Source: Escherichia coli
Lineage (GTDB): Bacteria > Pseudomonadota > Gammaproteobacteria > Enterobacterales > Enterobacteriaceae
Length of the DNA stretch: 64,000 nt
Assembly (NCBI RefSeq): GCF_030013205.1
Contig: NZ_CP122648.1
Direction: 5' to 3' (one strand)
In this document: positions 1 to 8,789 of the stretch, one piece after another
Numbering within the stretch: position 1 is the stretch's first letter
Layout of the letters: each line of letters starts with the position of its first letter
Made by a program: the position numbers and the translations under genes
The notes under the pieces: generated by a model
Database searches by the model: none
Told to the model about the DNA's origin: nothing
The model's input: only the letters and a program-made list of their open reading frames with translations

Positions 1-59
1 CAATGATTAATGTTGCGTCTTTGTTAGAGGTCAGATCAGTTGTTTTGGGACTCTGCCTC

Positions 60-383
60 AAAATCCGGTAGGGGGTGCGGAAACGGGTTACAAAGGTTAC
101 ACCCCCCTAAAACACACTATAATCATATGATTTTAAAACATATTTCTTGTAACCTTTTTGAGGTTACAGAAGGTTACACGAGGTTACAGCTCTCAAAAAC
201 AGATTAATTATCAATTAATTATAAATTTAACCTGTAACCAACAGTAACCACTACATAAAGGTTACATGTAACCCTGTTGTAACCCGTTTGTAACCTTTTA
301 AATTTATTATAATATATTGATATATAATACGTTTTTCTGTTTGTAACCTTTGTAACCCGTTTCCGCACCCCCCCCCGGATTTT
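60..383. repeat. iteron-like array: about 14 copies of heptamer GGTTACA/TGTAACC in AT-rich DNA, bracketed by about 43-bp near-perfect inverted repeats (60-102 and 341-383)
   Basis: direct reading; IR arms AAAATCCGGTAGGGGGTGCGGAAACGGGTTACAAAGGTTACA vs reverse complement of 341-383 differ at 1-2 positions. Confidence 0.8.
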
Positions 384-628
384 AGCGCGACCCTTTAAAA
401 TGTTAATTAAACTCACTAACTCTGTATCACTCTCATTAACTCTCTATGATTGAAATGTATCTCACTGCTGTTTAACTCTTTCTGATAATCAAGAAAGGAG
501 AGCAAAAAACTGATGGCGCTACCGCTGCAATATGGCCACCATCGCATTGCTGTTACCGTTGGCTTTGGCCAACAAAAAAGGCCAGTGGAAAACTGACCTC
601 TTTTGCTGTGAATGTAGTGTTCTGCGGG

Positions 629-1630
629 TTACTCTACTGGCTCTTTTTGTTCAGTGAATGCCATGTTAGCTATCGGGTTAAACCTCATGGCATCCGCCAG
701 ATAGTCGGGGGAAAAATGCGCATAAGTCATCGTTTGCTGGATAGTCGCATGTCCAAGAATCCGTTGTAATGTAACGATATTCCCACCGTTAATCATAAAG
801 TGTGTGGCAAATGTATGACGCATGACATGCGTAGCCTGCCCCTTCGGTAAATCCGGCTTCACCTCCTGAAGGATCTCCCGGAACTTCAGATAATCAACCT
901 GATACAACAACCCCGTCCGGCGGGTCTTAATCAGCGGCACGACCGAATCAGCCACAGGAACCGAACGGGATTTTCCGTTTTTGGTGTTAAAGAACGTCAC
1001 CCGGTTGCCAATGATGTGCTCTCCACGTAGTTCCGATGCTTCACTCCATCGGGCACCAGTAGAAAGACACAGAATGGCAACACGACGCGCATCACCCTCC
1101 AGTCGCTCAAGAAGCCGCTCAATCTCATCATCAGAAAGAAAGGCCATCTCTGTATTCTGAATTTTTAGCTTGCGTATACCGCGTACAGGGTTCGGGTTGT
1201 GAAAGACCTCAGCTTCAATCAGCACCGTGAACATGGTAGACAGAACGCACAAGTCACGATTAATGCTGGATGGCATTAAGCCGGCCTGTAATTTCTCTGA
1301 CCGATACTCAAGCATAAATTTTTGCGTCATCTGGCTGGCACGCGGATCTCCCATTTCACGAATCACTTTCTCCATCCGGATCCTGTAGGTATCACCGTAA
1401 GCCTGGTTACGGCCATCAAGCATCCACCATATATCAAGCAGCTCTGATAATCTCCGTCGATCAGCAGGTTTAGCCAGCCATGGGTTGTTATGGAAATTCT
1501 GTAAAATATGTTCTTTGAAGGCCTCCGCACTCCCTTTCCTGACAAAAATTTTACGTATCCGTTTGCCGTACGCCCCTTGGGGCCTGATATCGAGCAGCCA
1601 TCGCCCATCATCCATCTTTCTGATCGACAT
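629..1630 (-). CDS. int: tyrosine recombinase, P2-type phage integrase family
   Basis: 333 aa; N-terminus and C-terminal HxxR...Y catalytic region (HTFATHFMINGGNIVTLQRILGH...YAHF) resemble P2 Int; ATG and TAA verified on minus strand. Confidence 0.85.
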   Translation of the reverse strand: MSIRKMDDGRWLLDIRPQGAYGKRIRKIFVRKGSAEAFKEHILQNFHNNPWLAKPADRRRLSELLDIWWMLDGRNQAYGDTYRIRMEKVIREMGDPRASQMTQKFMLEYRSEKLQAGLMPSSINRDLCVLSTMFTVLIEAEVFHNPNPVRGIRKLKIQNTEMAFLSDDEIERLLERLEGDARRVAILCLSTGARWSEASELRGEHIIGNRVTFFNTKNGKSRSVPVADSVVPLIKTRRTGLLYQVDYLKFREILQEVKPDLPKGQATHVMRHTFATHFMINGGNIVTLQRILGHATIQQTMTYAHFSPDYLADAMRFNPIANMAFTEQKEPVE

Positions 1631-1632
1631 AC

Positions 1633-4302
1633 TTAAGCCCCCTCCTTGTTACTAAATATCCAGCATTTCAATACCTCCTTCTCTCTGGCCTCGGCTATTC
1701 CCCTCCCGGCGTTCGCCTGTCTGGATACCTCGCTACGGACGGGCTTGTATCCAATCAGCGATCGAGAACGGCCAGCCTTGAGAAGCTTTATCATTTCGGG
1801 ATTGGTTTGGGTCTTCACGTGGTGAACGGCGGCAACCTGCTCAAGTTGCGGGATACTGACGGCAAACTCATTCTGCCGTCCCTTGCCAAAATGATTTACG
1901 CCGTATGCTGTGATGCCGTCCAGATAGTCGAACGCCTCCCAGAACGCCATCACTTCCGGCAAGTCATCCATTACCGCTTTAGCCTGCTCCTCTGCCATTC
2001 GCTCCAGTTCCAGACATGTGGCATCAAGCCATTCATCCGGGATATCAATAACGCATTTCAGCGCCCTGACCAGTGCAATTAGTTGCGCGTGATTTTTGGC
2101 AATACGCTGATGGCGAATATTCTCGCAACCGTAAAGGCGGGTTGTTTCAGAATCCGAGAGTGCCATAAACAGATCCATAATCGCCCGCTCCTGGCTTACT
2201 GCCCGATGGATAAAACCTGATACCTGCTCAACGGGGTAAAGCTCCAGCCGTTTTGCTGCCAGTCGGCTATCTGGTGAGTGGCGTTTTTTATCGGTGTATA
2301 TACGTACCAGACGCTCGATAATTGCCGATGAGGCGTTTACCGTGGCATTCTGCGCAATCACGACAGCCCCTTTAAAAACGGGGTCATATGTGGCGTTATC
2401 ATTAGTTTTAACACCACGTACCCCAATACCACCGCCGTTATAGAGGCTTTTCAGGTTATCAAAGTCAAACGCACCTCTTTTTTGCGCATTGTCCCCCCGG
2501 TCTGCTTCAATCAGAACAACAGGTAATCCGGCGACCTGTCCAAAAGTTCGCTTCCAGCCTGATTCCGATCCTTTGGTTGGATCAACACCTTCATAGTTGT
2601 CACGGCCACACAAACGCCAACAAAAATCAATCAGCGTTGTTTTACCCGTTCCAGGCTCTCCGGTAATCTCAAGAAAAGGGTAAGACGTGTTTTTCTGCCT
2701 GATTTGTTCGCTGAACAACGAACCCAGCCAGAAGGCCAGGGTAATAATTCCCTTTTCACCAAAAGCCAGCCAGAGATCTTCCACCCAGGATATTGTGAAT
2801 TTATCCGGTTTTTTATAGTTAATCTGCAATATTGGTTTTTTATTCAATGGTTTTGCGTTTATGCCATCAATTTCAAAATAATCCTCTTCATTGATTTCGT
2901 AGGTTTTACCATTACAAACCGCGACATCATTAAACAGCCACGCGCCAATCTCTTTGTTGTATCCGATAAAATCCTGACCGATAACATTTTTTATTGCGGG
3001 AAGGTCATTTTTTATTAATGCATCAAGGTGCGCAGTCGTTCCGGTATAAATACCGCCTTTTGCCACATGCAACAGGCGTTTTTTAAATTCAGATGCGGAT
3101 GTTAATTGTCCTGATGTAAAGGTGTTTTTCACCGTCGCACCATCCGGGAACGTAACACGGAAGTAATACCATGCTTCATCCGTGTCATTGTTTCGAATGT
3201 AATAAAGCGGCGCCGGGTTACAGTTTGCGATTTCTTTTACAGCGCCGGATTCCTTAAGTGCAATTTTGCGCGCTTCATCTTCGTCAACATTTCGCTCATT
3301 TATGACGCGTTCAACAGCCTTCATATGGCGCTCAATATCCAGTTTGAACCAGAAAACACGGTTATCAAAAGTAAAATGAAATTCCTTTCGCTCACGAAAG
3401 GAAAACATTATCAGCGCCTTATCTCTCGGAGATTTTGCCAGCAATAAATCACCGTAATAACGGTATCTTTTCACATCATGGCCACGCAGCTTTCCGGCGA
3501 TGTGTAAATCATTCCAGTCGCGTTTATTGCTGTTTTTTCCTGGTAACGCCGCTGCCGTTCTCCAGCCGTCTTCGGCGCTGCGTTCTGCATGTTTTTTCGC
3601 ATAACGCTCACCCGCACGCCCGTTATCCAGCGCCCACACGATAACCGGACGGGGATTATCCCCGCACAGCTTCGCCAGCTCTTCCAGCGCCTTATCAGGG
3701 TAGTTTACGGCAGACATGACAGAAACGGCCGCAATGCCATTCTGGTTAAGGCTGATGGCATCAAAGATACCCTCACAAATCCAGATTTCTTTGGCCTTGC
3801 TTAAATCATCTCCCGGATAAGCCCACCACAACCCCTTGTAGCTGCCGGAAAAATTCGCCTTGCGCGCGAAGCGTTCCGGTCGGTCTATGATGCGCTCCCA
3901 CCACACGCCGTCAGCCAGTGTAAAACGCACAGTAGCGGCCTGTTCGCCGCTTTCCTTGTCCTGGTATCGCTCCTGAGTAAATGCTCCCTTCAGTGGCTCC
4001 ACAGCAATATTGCGTGCTTCCAGAAGATAAGCTGTCGCCGCTGCGTATGGATTGTCTTTCGTGCTGATATAGCGATCTGACCATGATGAAAACACATCCG
4101 GGTAAAGTTCTTTGGTCAACAGGTCTGTACCGCATTTATTTTCGCGCCCACAGTGCACGATGTACGGCCTTTCAAGGCTGGTAAAGAGCTCCTTCTTTCC
4201 ACATTGCGGACAAACACCATACCGGAGGTAGTTATTTTCTTCTTTGAAGTTGTAATCACGGATAAGACGGTTAATAATCTCTTTTCTGGTGTTATGTTTC
4301 AT
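1633..4302 (-). CDS. replicative primase-helicase (N-terminal zinc ribbon, TOPRIM-like primase core, C-terminal P-loop NTPase)
   Basis: 889 aa; CPQCG...HCGREN zinc motif, WICEGIFDAISL, Walker A GEPGTGKTT; stop lies 2 nt from integrase start. Confidence 0.8.
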   Translation of the reverse strand: MKHNTRKEIINRLIRDYNFKEENNYLRYGVCPQCGKKELFTSLERPYIVHCGRENKCGTDLLTKELYPDVFSSWSDRYISTKDNPYAAATAYLLEARNIAVEPLKGAFTQERYQDKESGEQAATVRFTLADGVWWERIIDRPERFARKANFSGSYKGLWWAYPGDDLSKAKEIWICEGIFDAISLNQNGIAAVSVMSAVNYPDKALEELAKLCGDNPRPVIVWALDNGRAGERYAKKHAERSAEDGWRTAAALPGKNSNKRDWNDLHIAGKLRGHDVKRYRYYGDLLLAKSPRDKALIMFSFRERKEFHFTFDNRVFWFKLDIERHMKAVERVINERNVDEDEARKIALKESGAVKEIANCNPAPLYYIRNNDTDEAWYYFRVTFPDGATVKNTFTSGQLTSASEFKKRLLHVAKGGIYTGTTAHLDALIKNDLPAIKNVIGQDFIGYNKEIGAWLFNDVAVCNGKTYEINEEDYFEIDGINAKPLNKKPILQINYKKPDKFTISWVEDLWLAFGEKGIITLAFWLGSLFSEQIRQKNTSYPFLEITGEPGTGKTTLIDFCWRLCGRDNYEGVDPTKGSESGWKRTFGQVAGLPVVLIEADRGDNAQKRGAFDFDNLKSLYNGGGIGVRGVKTNDNATYDPVFKGAVVIAQNATVNASSAIIERLVRIYTDKKRHSPDSRLAAKRLELYPVEQVSGFIHRAVSQERAIMDLFMALSDSETTRLYGCENIRHQRIAKNHAQLIALVRALKCVIDIPDEWLDATCLELERMAEEQAKAVMDDLPEVMAFWEAFDYLDGITAYGVNHFGKGRQNEFAVSIPQLEQVAAVHHVKTQTNPEMIKLLKAGRSRSLIGYKPVRSEVSRQANAGRGIAEAREKEVLKCWIFSNKEGA

Positions 4303-4310
4303 ATATAAAT

Positions 4311-4343
4311 CCCCCCCACTGCACCTTTTGCAGTGGGTTTTTT
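4311..4343 (+). terminator. hairpin CCCACTGCA-N4-TGCAGTGGG followed by T6 (plus-strand orientation)
   Basis: seen in sequence between 99-aa ORF stop and primase start; would block antisense read-through. Confidence 0.45.
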
Positions 4344-4348
4344 ATTAA

Positions 4349-4648
4349 TTACTCGTTGCTTATTGCTTTGGCAATCCCGGCGGTTTCGGCGCTATGCCAT
4401 GAAAAAATTCCGCCGGATGAATGCATACCAGATTTTATTGATTGTAATTCCCTATAAATAATGTTAGACAGAGATGCAATTTCTTCATTTATAATTTCTG
4501 CTGATGCTCCGCCATTTTTATCGTCAAAAACCACAGATATTAAACTGACGAGATTAATCACATCTGTGAGATCTTCCTTTGCACTTTCTGTAAAAAAGCC
4601 AACATATTCTCTATCTAAAAAATTTTCGCTATTCTGACGTTTAGACAT
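4349..4648 (-). CDS. hypothetical protein, 99 aa, AT-rich
   Basis: ORF track; low GC, no recognisable motif. Confidence 0.45.
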   Translation of the reverse strand: MSKRQNSENFLDREYVGFFTESAKEDLTDVINLVSLISVVFDDKNGGASAEIINEEIASLSNIIYRELQSIKSGMHSSGGIFSWHSAETAGIAKAISNE

Positions 4649-4715
4649 AAAAACTCCCCGACCCGTTAAGGCCGAAATATAAATTTAATTCAGTTATCAG
4701 TTGGTAATTCGGGAA

Positions 4716-4934
4716 TCAGGCGGAAAGCTGCGTCACCTTCAACGCCCTGAAATGTGTCATTCCCAGCTCTTCCAGCCCTTCGGCTGCGCGGCGTATGGCT
4801 TCGCCCGGTCCCGTTCCGTATACCGTTGCATGTGCATGTTTGGTTAACCCACGTTTATTAACGGCATAACCCAACACAAAGAAACGTTTTTCACCACTGC
4901 CATTATTTTTACGGGATGTTGAACGGGTTTTCAT
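4716..4934 (-). CDS. hypothetical small protein, 72 aa
   Basis: ORF track; start overlaps upstream stop (ATGA), suggesting translational coupling. Confidence 0.45.
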   Translation of the reverse strand: MKTRSTSRKNNGSGEKRFFVLGYAVNKRGLTKHAHATVYGTGPGEAIRRAAEGLEELGMTHFRALKVTQLSA

Positions 4935-5119
4935 TTCTTCACCTTTACCACTGATGCTGTGAGTTCTTCTTCTGGCAACTGATATTTCGGCGCAATTTCT
5001 TCCGTATACCTGATAGCGTCCCTTGCCGCTTTTCCTTTTGATTTATATTTATATGTGGTCCGGTAGTTTTCTTCCTCTCCTGTTACCACATTACGCAATT
5101 TAATATGAATCTCGTACAT
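4931..5119 (-). CDS. hypothetical small protein, about 62 aa (start at MYEIH)
   Basis: ORF track 4931..5149; internal ATG preceded by GGAGGGG and placed 2 nt after upstream stop. Confidence 0.4.
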   Translation of the reverse strand: MYEIHIKLRNVVTGEEENYRTTYKYKSKGKAARDAIRYTEEIAPKYQLPEEELTASVVKVKK

Positions 5120-5121
5120 CG

Positions 5122-5304
5122 TTACCCCTCCATGATTTTTACTGCGCATTTGTGGGTTAATCGCCCCTGTTCATTCGTGCGGCTGTACTCCATGCGGCTG
5201 GCAGCACGCAGGGCATCATCACAGGTCTGATATTCCCTGACATGAAAAAACTGACGAACGTCGCCGCTCTGGCAGTTAATCAGGGTGATAAGGAGCTTAA
5301 ACAT
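5122..5304 (-). CDS. hypothetical small protein, about 60 aa (MFKLLITLINCQ...)
   Basis: ORF track 5122..5382; ATG overlaps stop of upstream 57-aa ORF (ATGTTTAA). Confidence 0.4.
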   Translation of the reverse strand: MFKLLITLINCQSGDVRQFFHVREYQTCDDALRAASRMEYSRTNEQGRLTHKCAVKIMEG

Positions 5305-5470
5305 TGCACGCCTCCCGGATACGAATACGGGCAACAGAGACCAGACGGGATGCCGGAAGCAGGGCGCGCGCTTCGCGCTCACTGGCGGCGGTAACGGTAT
5401 GAAGGCGGATATTTTTACCGTGGCACTGCATAAAGCGCCAGATAAAATCAGGGCGTGTTGATATAGCCAT
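5297..5470 (-). CDS. hypothetical small protein, about 57 aa (MAISTRPDFIWRF...)
   Basis: C-terminal part of track ORF 5297..5824; ATG preceded by AAGGAG; upstream part of the track ORF judged noncoding. Confidence 0.4.
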   Translation of the reverse strand: MAISTRPDFIWRFMQCHGKNIRLHTVTAASEREARALLPASRLVSVARIRIREACNV

Positions 5471-5594
5471 TTTGGCGGCTCCTTTGTCTAATTTACGGAG
5501 TCTCGCCAGCACGCTGCTAAACATGGTGGCGGGACGTAACAGGGTTAGCAGACTGGTGACAAAGAAACCAGCAGGCCTTACGGCCTCCCCATTA

Positions 5595-5718
5595 CGCCCC
5601 GCCATAATACGGGAAAGGGTGGTATTACGGGCACAAAAAAACCGCATTACGGAAATATAGCGGCTACCCGCTTTGTCAATCAGGCTGCTAAACCCGGCAC
5701 CCGCTTTATGAGGTGCGG
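5595..5718 (-). ncRNA. conserved three-block noncoding element, copy A (hairpin, then T7-terminated block, then ATTATGGCGGGGCG on minus strand); candidate sRNA or leader attenuator
   Basis: blocks CGCCCCGCCATAAT, GCACAAAAAAACCGC and CAGGCTGC.AAACCCGGCACCCG.TT..TGAGGTGC recur in same order and similar spacing at 59946-60075. Confidence 0.4.
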
Positions 5719-5865
5719 GCAAACGATACGCCATGACAAAAAAGCGAGTCAAGCAATATTGCAAATTATTTTTGCGTGATTGCGCTGAGTAATTGATTTT
5801 TAAGAGTAAAAAAGCCATAATCATTTCTGCCTATTATTTCTTATTGTTGGTTTCAGGTGCACTAA

Positions 5866-5925
5866 ATGCACATCCTTGACTGGTTGGCTCGCTAGCTTTA
5901 GCGAGCTTCTTTTTTGCTCTGCAGC
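5866..5925 (+). terminator. two stem-loops (GTGCA-CTAAA-TGCAC; GCTCGCTAGCTTTAGCGAGC) followed by TTCTTTTTT; intrinsic terminator or sRNA 3' end
   Basis: seen in sequence; no convincing ORF on plus strand upstream. Confidence 0.45.
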
Positions 5926-6377
5926 CAGTACCCGGCCTCCTTCCCTCACATGTAGTCATGTGCTCATTCCAGTCAGGTGGATAATGCTGTATTACCGGAC
6001 ATCCGGTTATGATGTTTAAAGCGTTTGTTTGTTTATGCCACGTGGAGAATATACCCACGCCGCCATTACTTGTATTTATCATAACAGTTCATCCAATTCG
6101 GTTAATGTAACCGGAATAACTCAATTTCATACACTGTAAATAAATGCTGATTTTAAACTTAGCTCCTTGGAATATATTTCTTACGTGTGACGTACAGGTG
6201 AAAATATCCCTCTGATAGTCCATTTTCTTTTATTGGGTCACATCTTTTTACTCCGGTTCCCTTAACAAGGGTAGAGCATCTTTTAAACCATGAATGCATC
6301 TTTGGTTAAGTGATGTTTCTTATTGAATGAAATGTTTAGGCGCATATCGCGCCATGCTGACTATAAAGTGAAAATAA

Positions 6378-6599
6378 TTAAGCCTGAAAACGTTGTTGTT
6401 TTCTTTCTTCTATCCAGTCGATAATTTCCTCTTCAACCCATGCAACCGCACGAGGGCCTATTTTTATTGGTTTGGGGAATATATCCGATTTTATATCTTC
6501 GTAAATTCGAGCTCTCGATCTCCCTGTGATTTCAATGACTCTGGGGAGTCTTATTAATTTTTGAATCCGCCTTTCGCTGGTCTGTGAGTATGCTGACAT
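6378..6599 (-). CDS. alpA: AlpA-family transcriptional regulator / excisionase-like (prophage CP4-57 AlpA type)
   Basis: 73 aa; helix-turn-helix region ...RLPRVIEITGRSRARIYEDIKSDIFPKPIKIGPRAVAWVEEEIIDWI... typical of AlpA. Confidence 0.8.
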   Translation of the reverse strand: MSAYSQTSERRIQKLIRLPRVIEITGRSRARIYEDIKSDIFPKPIKIGPRAVAWVEEEIIDWIEERKQQRFQA

Positions 6600-7117
6600 A
6601 TTGGCCTCCTGTATATGCTGAACACTTTACGTTAGCTCACAGTGGGAGCATGTAAGATCTCGCGGTCGTCTGCGGGACGAGAAAAATCATAAACAACGAA
6701 AAGCGGATTTGTAAATCAGGTCGATTTTTAGACGGGGTTGACATGGACAGTTAGATTTGTTCCATGCGTGAAATATACATTTAGAGCCACTTTAAACCAC
6801 CAGAAAGCGACAAAGAATAACAAGTTAGTGCCAGAAAGGTTTGCTGACTTACCCTTTTAGGCACCAGAAAAGCCCTTTCAGGTCGGTGTAATGCTTGTGA
6901 ACGCTGAAATAGTGGATTCTGAAAACAAAAAAAGAGTTGAAAATGTGATGTGCATCAAAAAATAATATCGATAAAACAGTTTGATTTTTATTTTCTTATC
7001 AAAAGCACTGGTTGATTATGGGAAATGCATTATAAATCAAATGGATATATCTATTTTTTTAGGTTAAAAATCACCAGGTGCTTTTAGTGAGGTCTTATTC
7101 TATTGATTTTAAAAGAT

Positions 7118-7152
7118 AAAAAAATCGGCGTGTCCACATATTGTCCACGCCT
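7118..7152 (-). terminator. intrinsic terminator downstream of integrase (hairpin GGCGTG...CACGCC plus T7 on minus strand)
   Basis: seen in sequence about 45 nt after int stop. Confidence 0.5.
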
Positions 7153-7198
7153 TGAGTTTAATTCAGCCGCTTGGGGTAGTTTAGTTTGTTGAGTTGAT

Positions 7199-8461
7199 TC
7201 AGTTTGTTTCGTTAGCCCATTTAAAATCATAGGGGGCAATATATGCCGTCTTGCAGGTGTCGAGATAATCAGCCCACCATTGCAACATTCGGCGGCGTTC
7301 CTGCATATGTTCAGCTCTGTGAACGTATGCAGCCCGGACACTGCCTCTTTCCCTGTGACTCATCTGAAGCTCAACGGCTTCTCTTGTCCACCTGCCTGAC
7401 TCTGTCAGCGCCGAACAGGCCATGGCCCTGAATCCGTGACCACAAATATCTTTTTTGGTGTCGTATCCCATGTGGCGTAATGCCTTGTTAATGGTGTTTT
7501 CGCTCATCGGTTTTATCTGGTAATGGTCGCCGGGGAAAATAAACACTTCATCACCGGATATATTTCTTATATCGTCAAGAAGCTGCATGGCCTGAGTGGG
7601 TAAAGGGATGGCGTGAGGGGTCCCCATTTTCGTTCCACGATATGAATATTTTACGCCTTCTATTTTTTCGCGTTCTGCTGGTATTACCCACATTGATTTA
7701 TCAAAATCAATTTCATTCCAACGAGCAAAGCGCAATTCACTTGAGCGAATAAAAATTAATAAATTTAATTTTAGTGCAAATTGCGTTAATAACCGTCCAT
7801 TCATCTTATGGTGGTAATCATTTATTTTGCCAAGTAATTCAGGTAATCGCTCAAGGGGAAGAGCGGGGCGATGTTTGGTTTTATTGGTTTCTATTGCACC
7901 GTTCAGTTCCTGTGCTGGATTGTATTTAATCATTCCATTCTGTACAGCGTAGCGCATAATGGCGTTCATTCGCTGCTTGTTACGAGATGCTGTCTCAAGC
8001 ACTCCTTTATCTTCCATTTTGCGTAAAGGAATCAGTAGATCCATGGTTGTGATCTCGTTAATTGGTCTTTTACCAAGAATGGGGAAGATGTGGTTTTCCA
8101 GGTCTTTTAAGACTTTTTGTGCGTGCAATTCGCTCCAGCCTTTTTTCCGGCTGTGCCACTCTCTGGCAACGTCTTCAAAAAGCACTATTTGAGGTTTTGG
8201 AGTGTGCAGTGGGTCAATGCCTTTAGCCAGGCTCGCCAGATATTCATCACGAGCGTTCCTTGCCTGTGCAAGTGTTACGGCAGGATAAATGCCTAAAGCT
8301 CGGGTCGTTTCTTTACCGTTGATAACCTTGCGAAAGCGCCAGTATTTTGAGCCGTTGGGGTGAACATAGAGATACAGCCCTTTCCCGTCACGAAGTTTTT
8401 TAATTTTGTTGTTGTCCTTATCTGGTTTGGCGTTACGTACAGCTACATCAGTCAGTTTCAT
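7199..8461 (-). CDS. int: P4-type (tRNA-associated) tyrosine integrase
   Basis: track ORF 7199..8503 is labelled '+', but the reverse complement from 8503 reads TTG GTT CGA ... ATG AAA CTG ACT and plus strand at 7199-7201 is the stop; likely ATG start at 8461 (MKLTDVAVRNAKPD...). Confidence 0.9.
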   Translation of the reverse strand: MKLTDVAVRNAKPDKDNNKIKKLRDGKGLYLYVHPNGSKYWRFRKVINGKETTRALGIYPAVTLAQARNARDEYLASLAKGIDPLHTPKPQIVLFEDVAREWHSRKKGWSELHAQKVLKDLENHIFPILGKRPINEITTMDLLIPLRKMEDKGVLETASRNKQRMNAIMRYAVQNGMIKYNPAQELNGAIETNKTKHRPALPLERLPELLGKINDYHHKMNGRLLTQFALKLNLLIFIRSSELRFARWNEIDFDKSMWVIPAEREKIEGVKYSYRGTKMGTPHAIPLPTQAMQLLDDIRNISGDEVFIFPGDHYQIKPMSENTINKALRHMGYDTKKDICGHGFRAMACSALTESGRWTREAVELQMSHRERGSVRAAYVHRAEHMQERRRMLQWWADYLDTCKTAYIAPYDFKWANETN

Positions 8462-8639
8462 TATGTTGCTCCTCCAGACGGGTACAAATAAAAATCGAAC
8501 CAAGCATACCCGTTTTTATACCCATTTTAATATGGGCTTCAGGCAAATTTAACGAGAGATAACGAGACAATGGAAGAGGTTTAACTCATTGAAAATCAAT
8601 GGGTAATGGTTTTTTCTGAGAGATTGCGAGAAGTTGCGA

Positions 8640-8714
8640 TGGTGTCCCCTGCAGGAATCGAACCTGCAATTAGCCCTTAGGAGGGGCTCGTTATATCCAT
8701 TTAACTAAGAGGAC
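8640..8714 (-). tRNA. argW: tRNA-Arg (anticodon CCU)
   Basis: reverse complement reads GTCCTCTTAGTTAAATGGATATAACGAGCCCCTCCTAAGGGCTAATTGCAGGTTCGATTCCTGCAGGGGACACCA with T-arm GGTTCGATTCC and CCA end. Confidence 0.9.
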
Positions 8715-8789
8715 AATGCGGCATGAGTATACCCGCTAATGGACTGCGGGGTAAGTACGCTGCCGCTCGATTGCTTAAACCCTCGCCAT

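Larger units (their letters stand above)
1..8639. mobile_element. argW-associated integrative island (P4/CP4-57-like): integrase, AlpA, small-ORF operon, primase-helicase, second integrase, iteron array; left boundary outside window
   Basis: P4-type integrase immediately downstream of tRNA-Arg 3' end, AlpA-family regulator, primase-helicase; no second copy of the tRNA 3' end found inside the window. Confidence 0.7.

Noticed and set aside
219-416. 65-aa ORF inside the iteron array
   Set aside because: Lies entirely within repetitive AT-rich iteron DNA; the translation is repeat-driven with no ribosome-binding site
1807-4135. Several 60-104 aa ORFs (1807..2082, 2704..3018, 3435..3644, 3589..3804, 3911..4135) inside the primase-helicase gene
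   Set aside because: Antisense or out of frame within a long well-supported coding region; no independent support
5297-5824. 175-aa ORF spanning the conserved noncoding block in the left island
   Set aside because: Only the last 57 codons have a Shine-Dalgarno and coupling to the next gene; the upstream part has biased composition and shares only patchy similarity with the prophage copy, consistent with noncoding DNA
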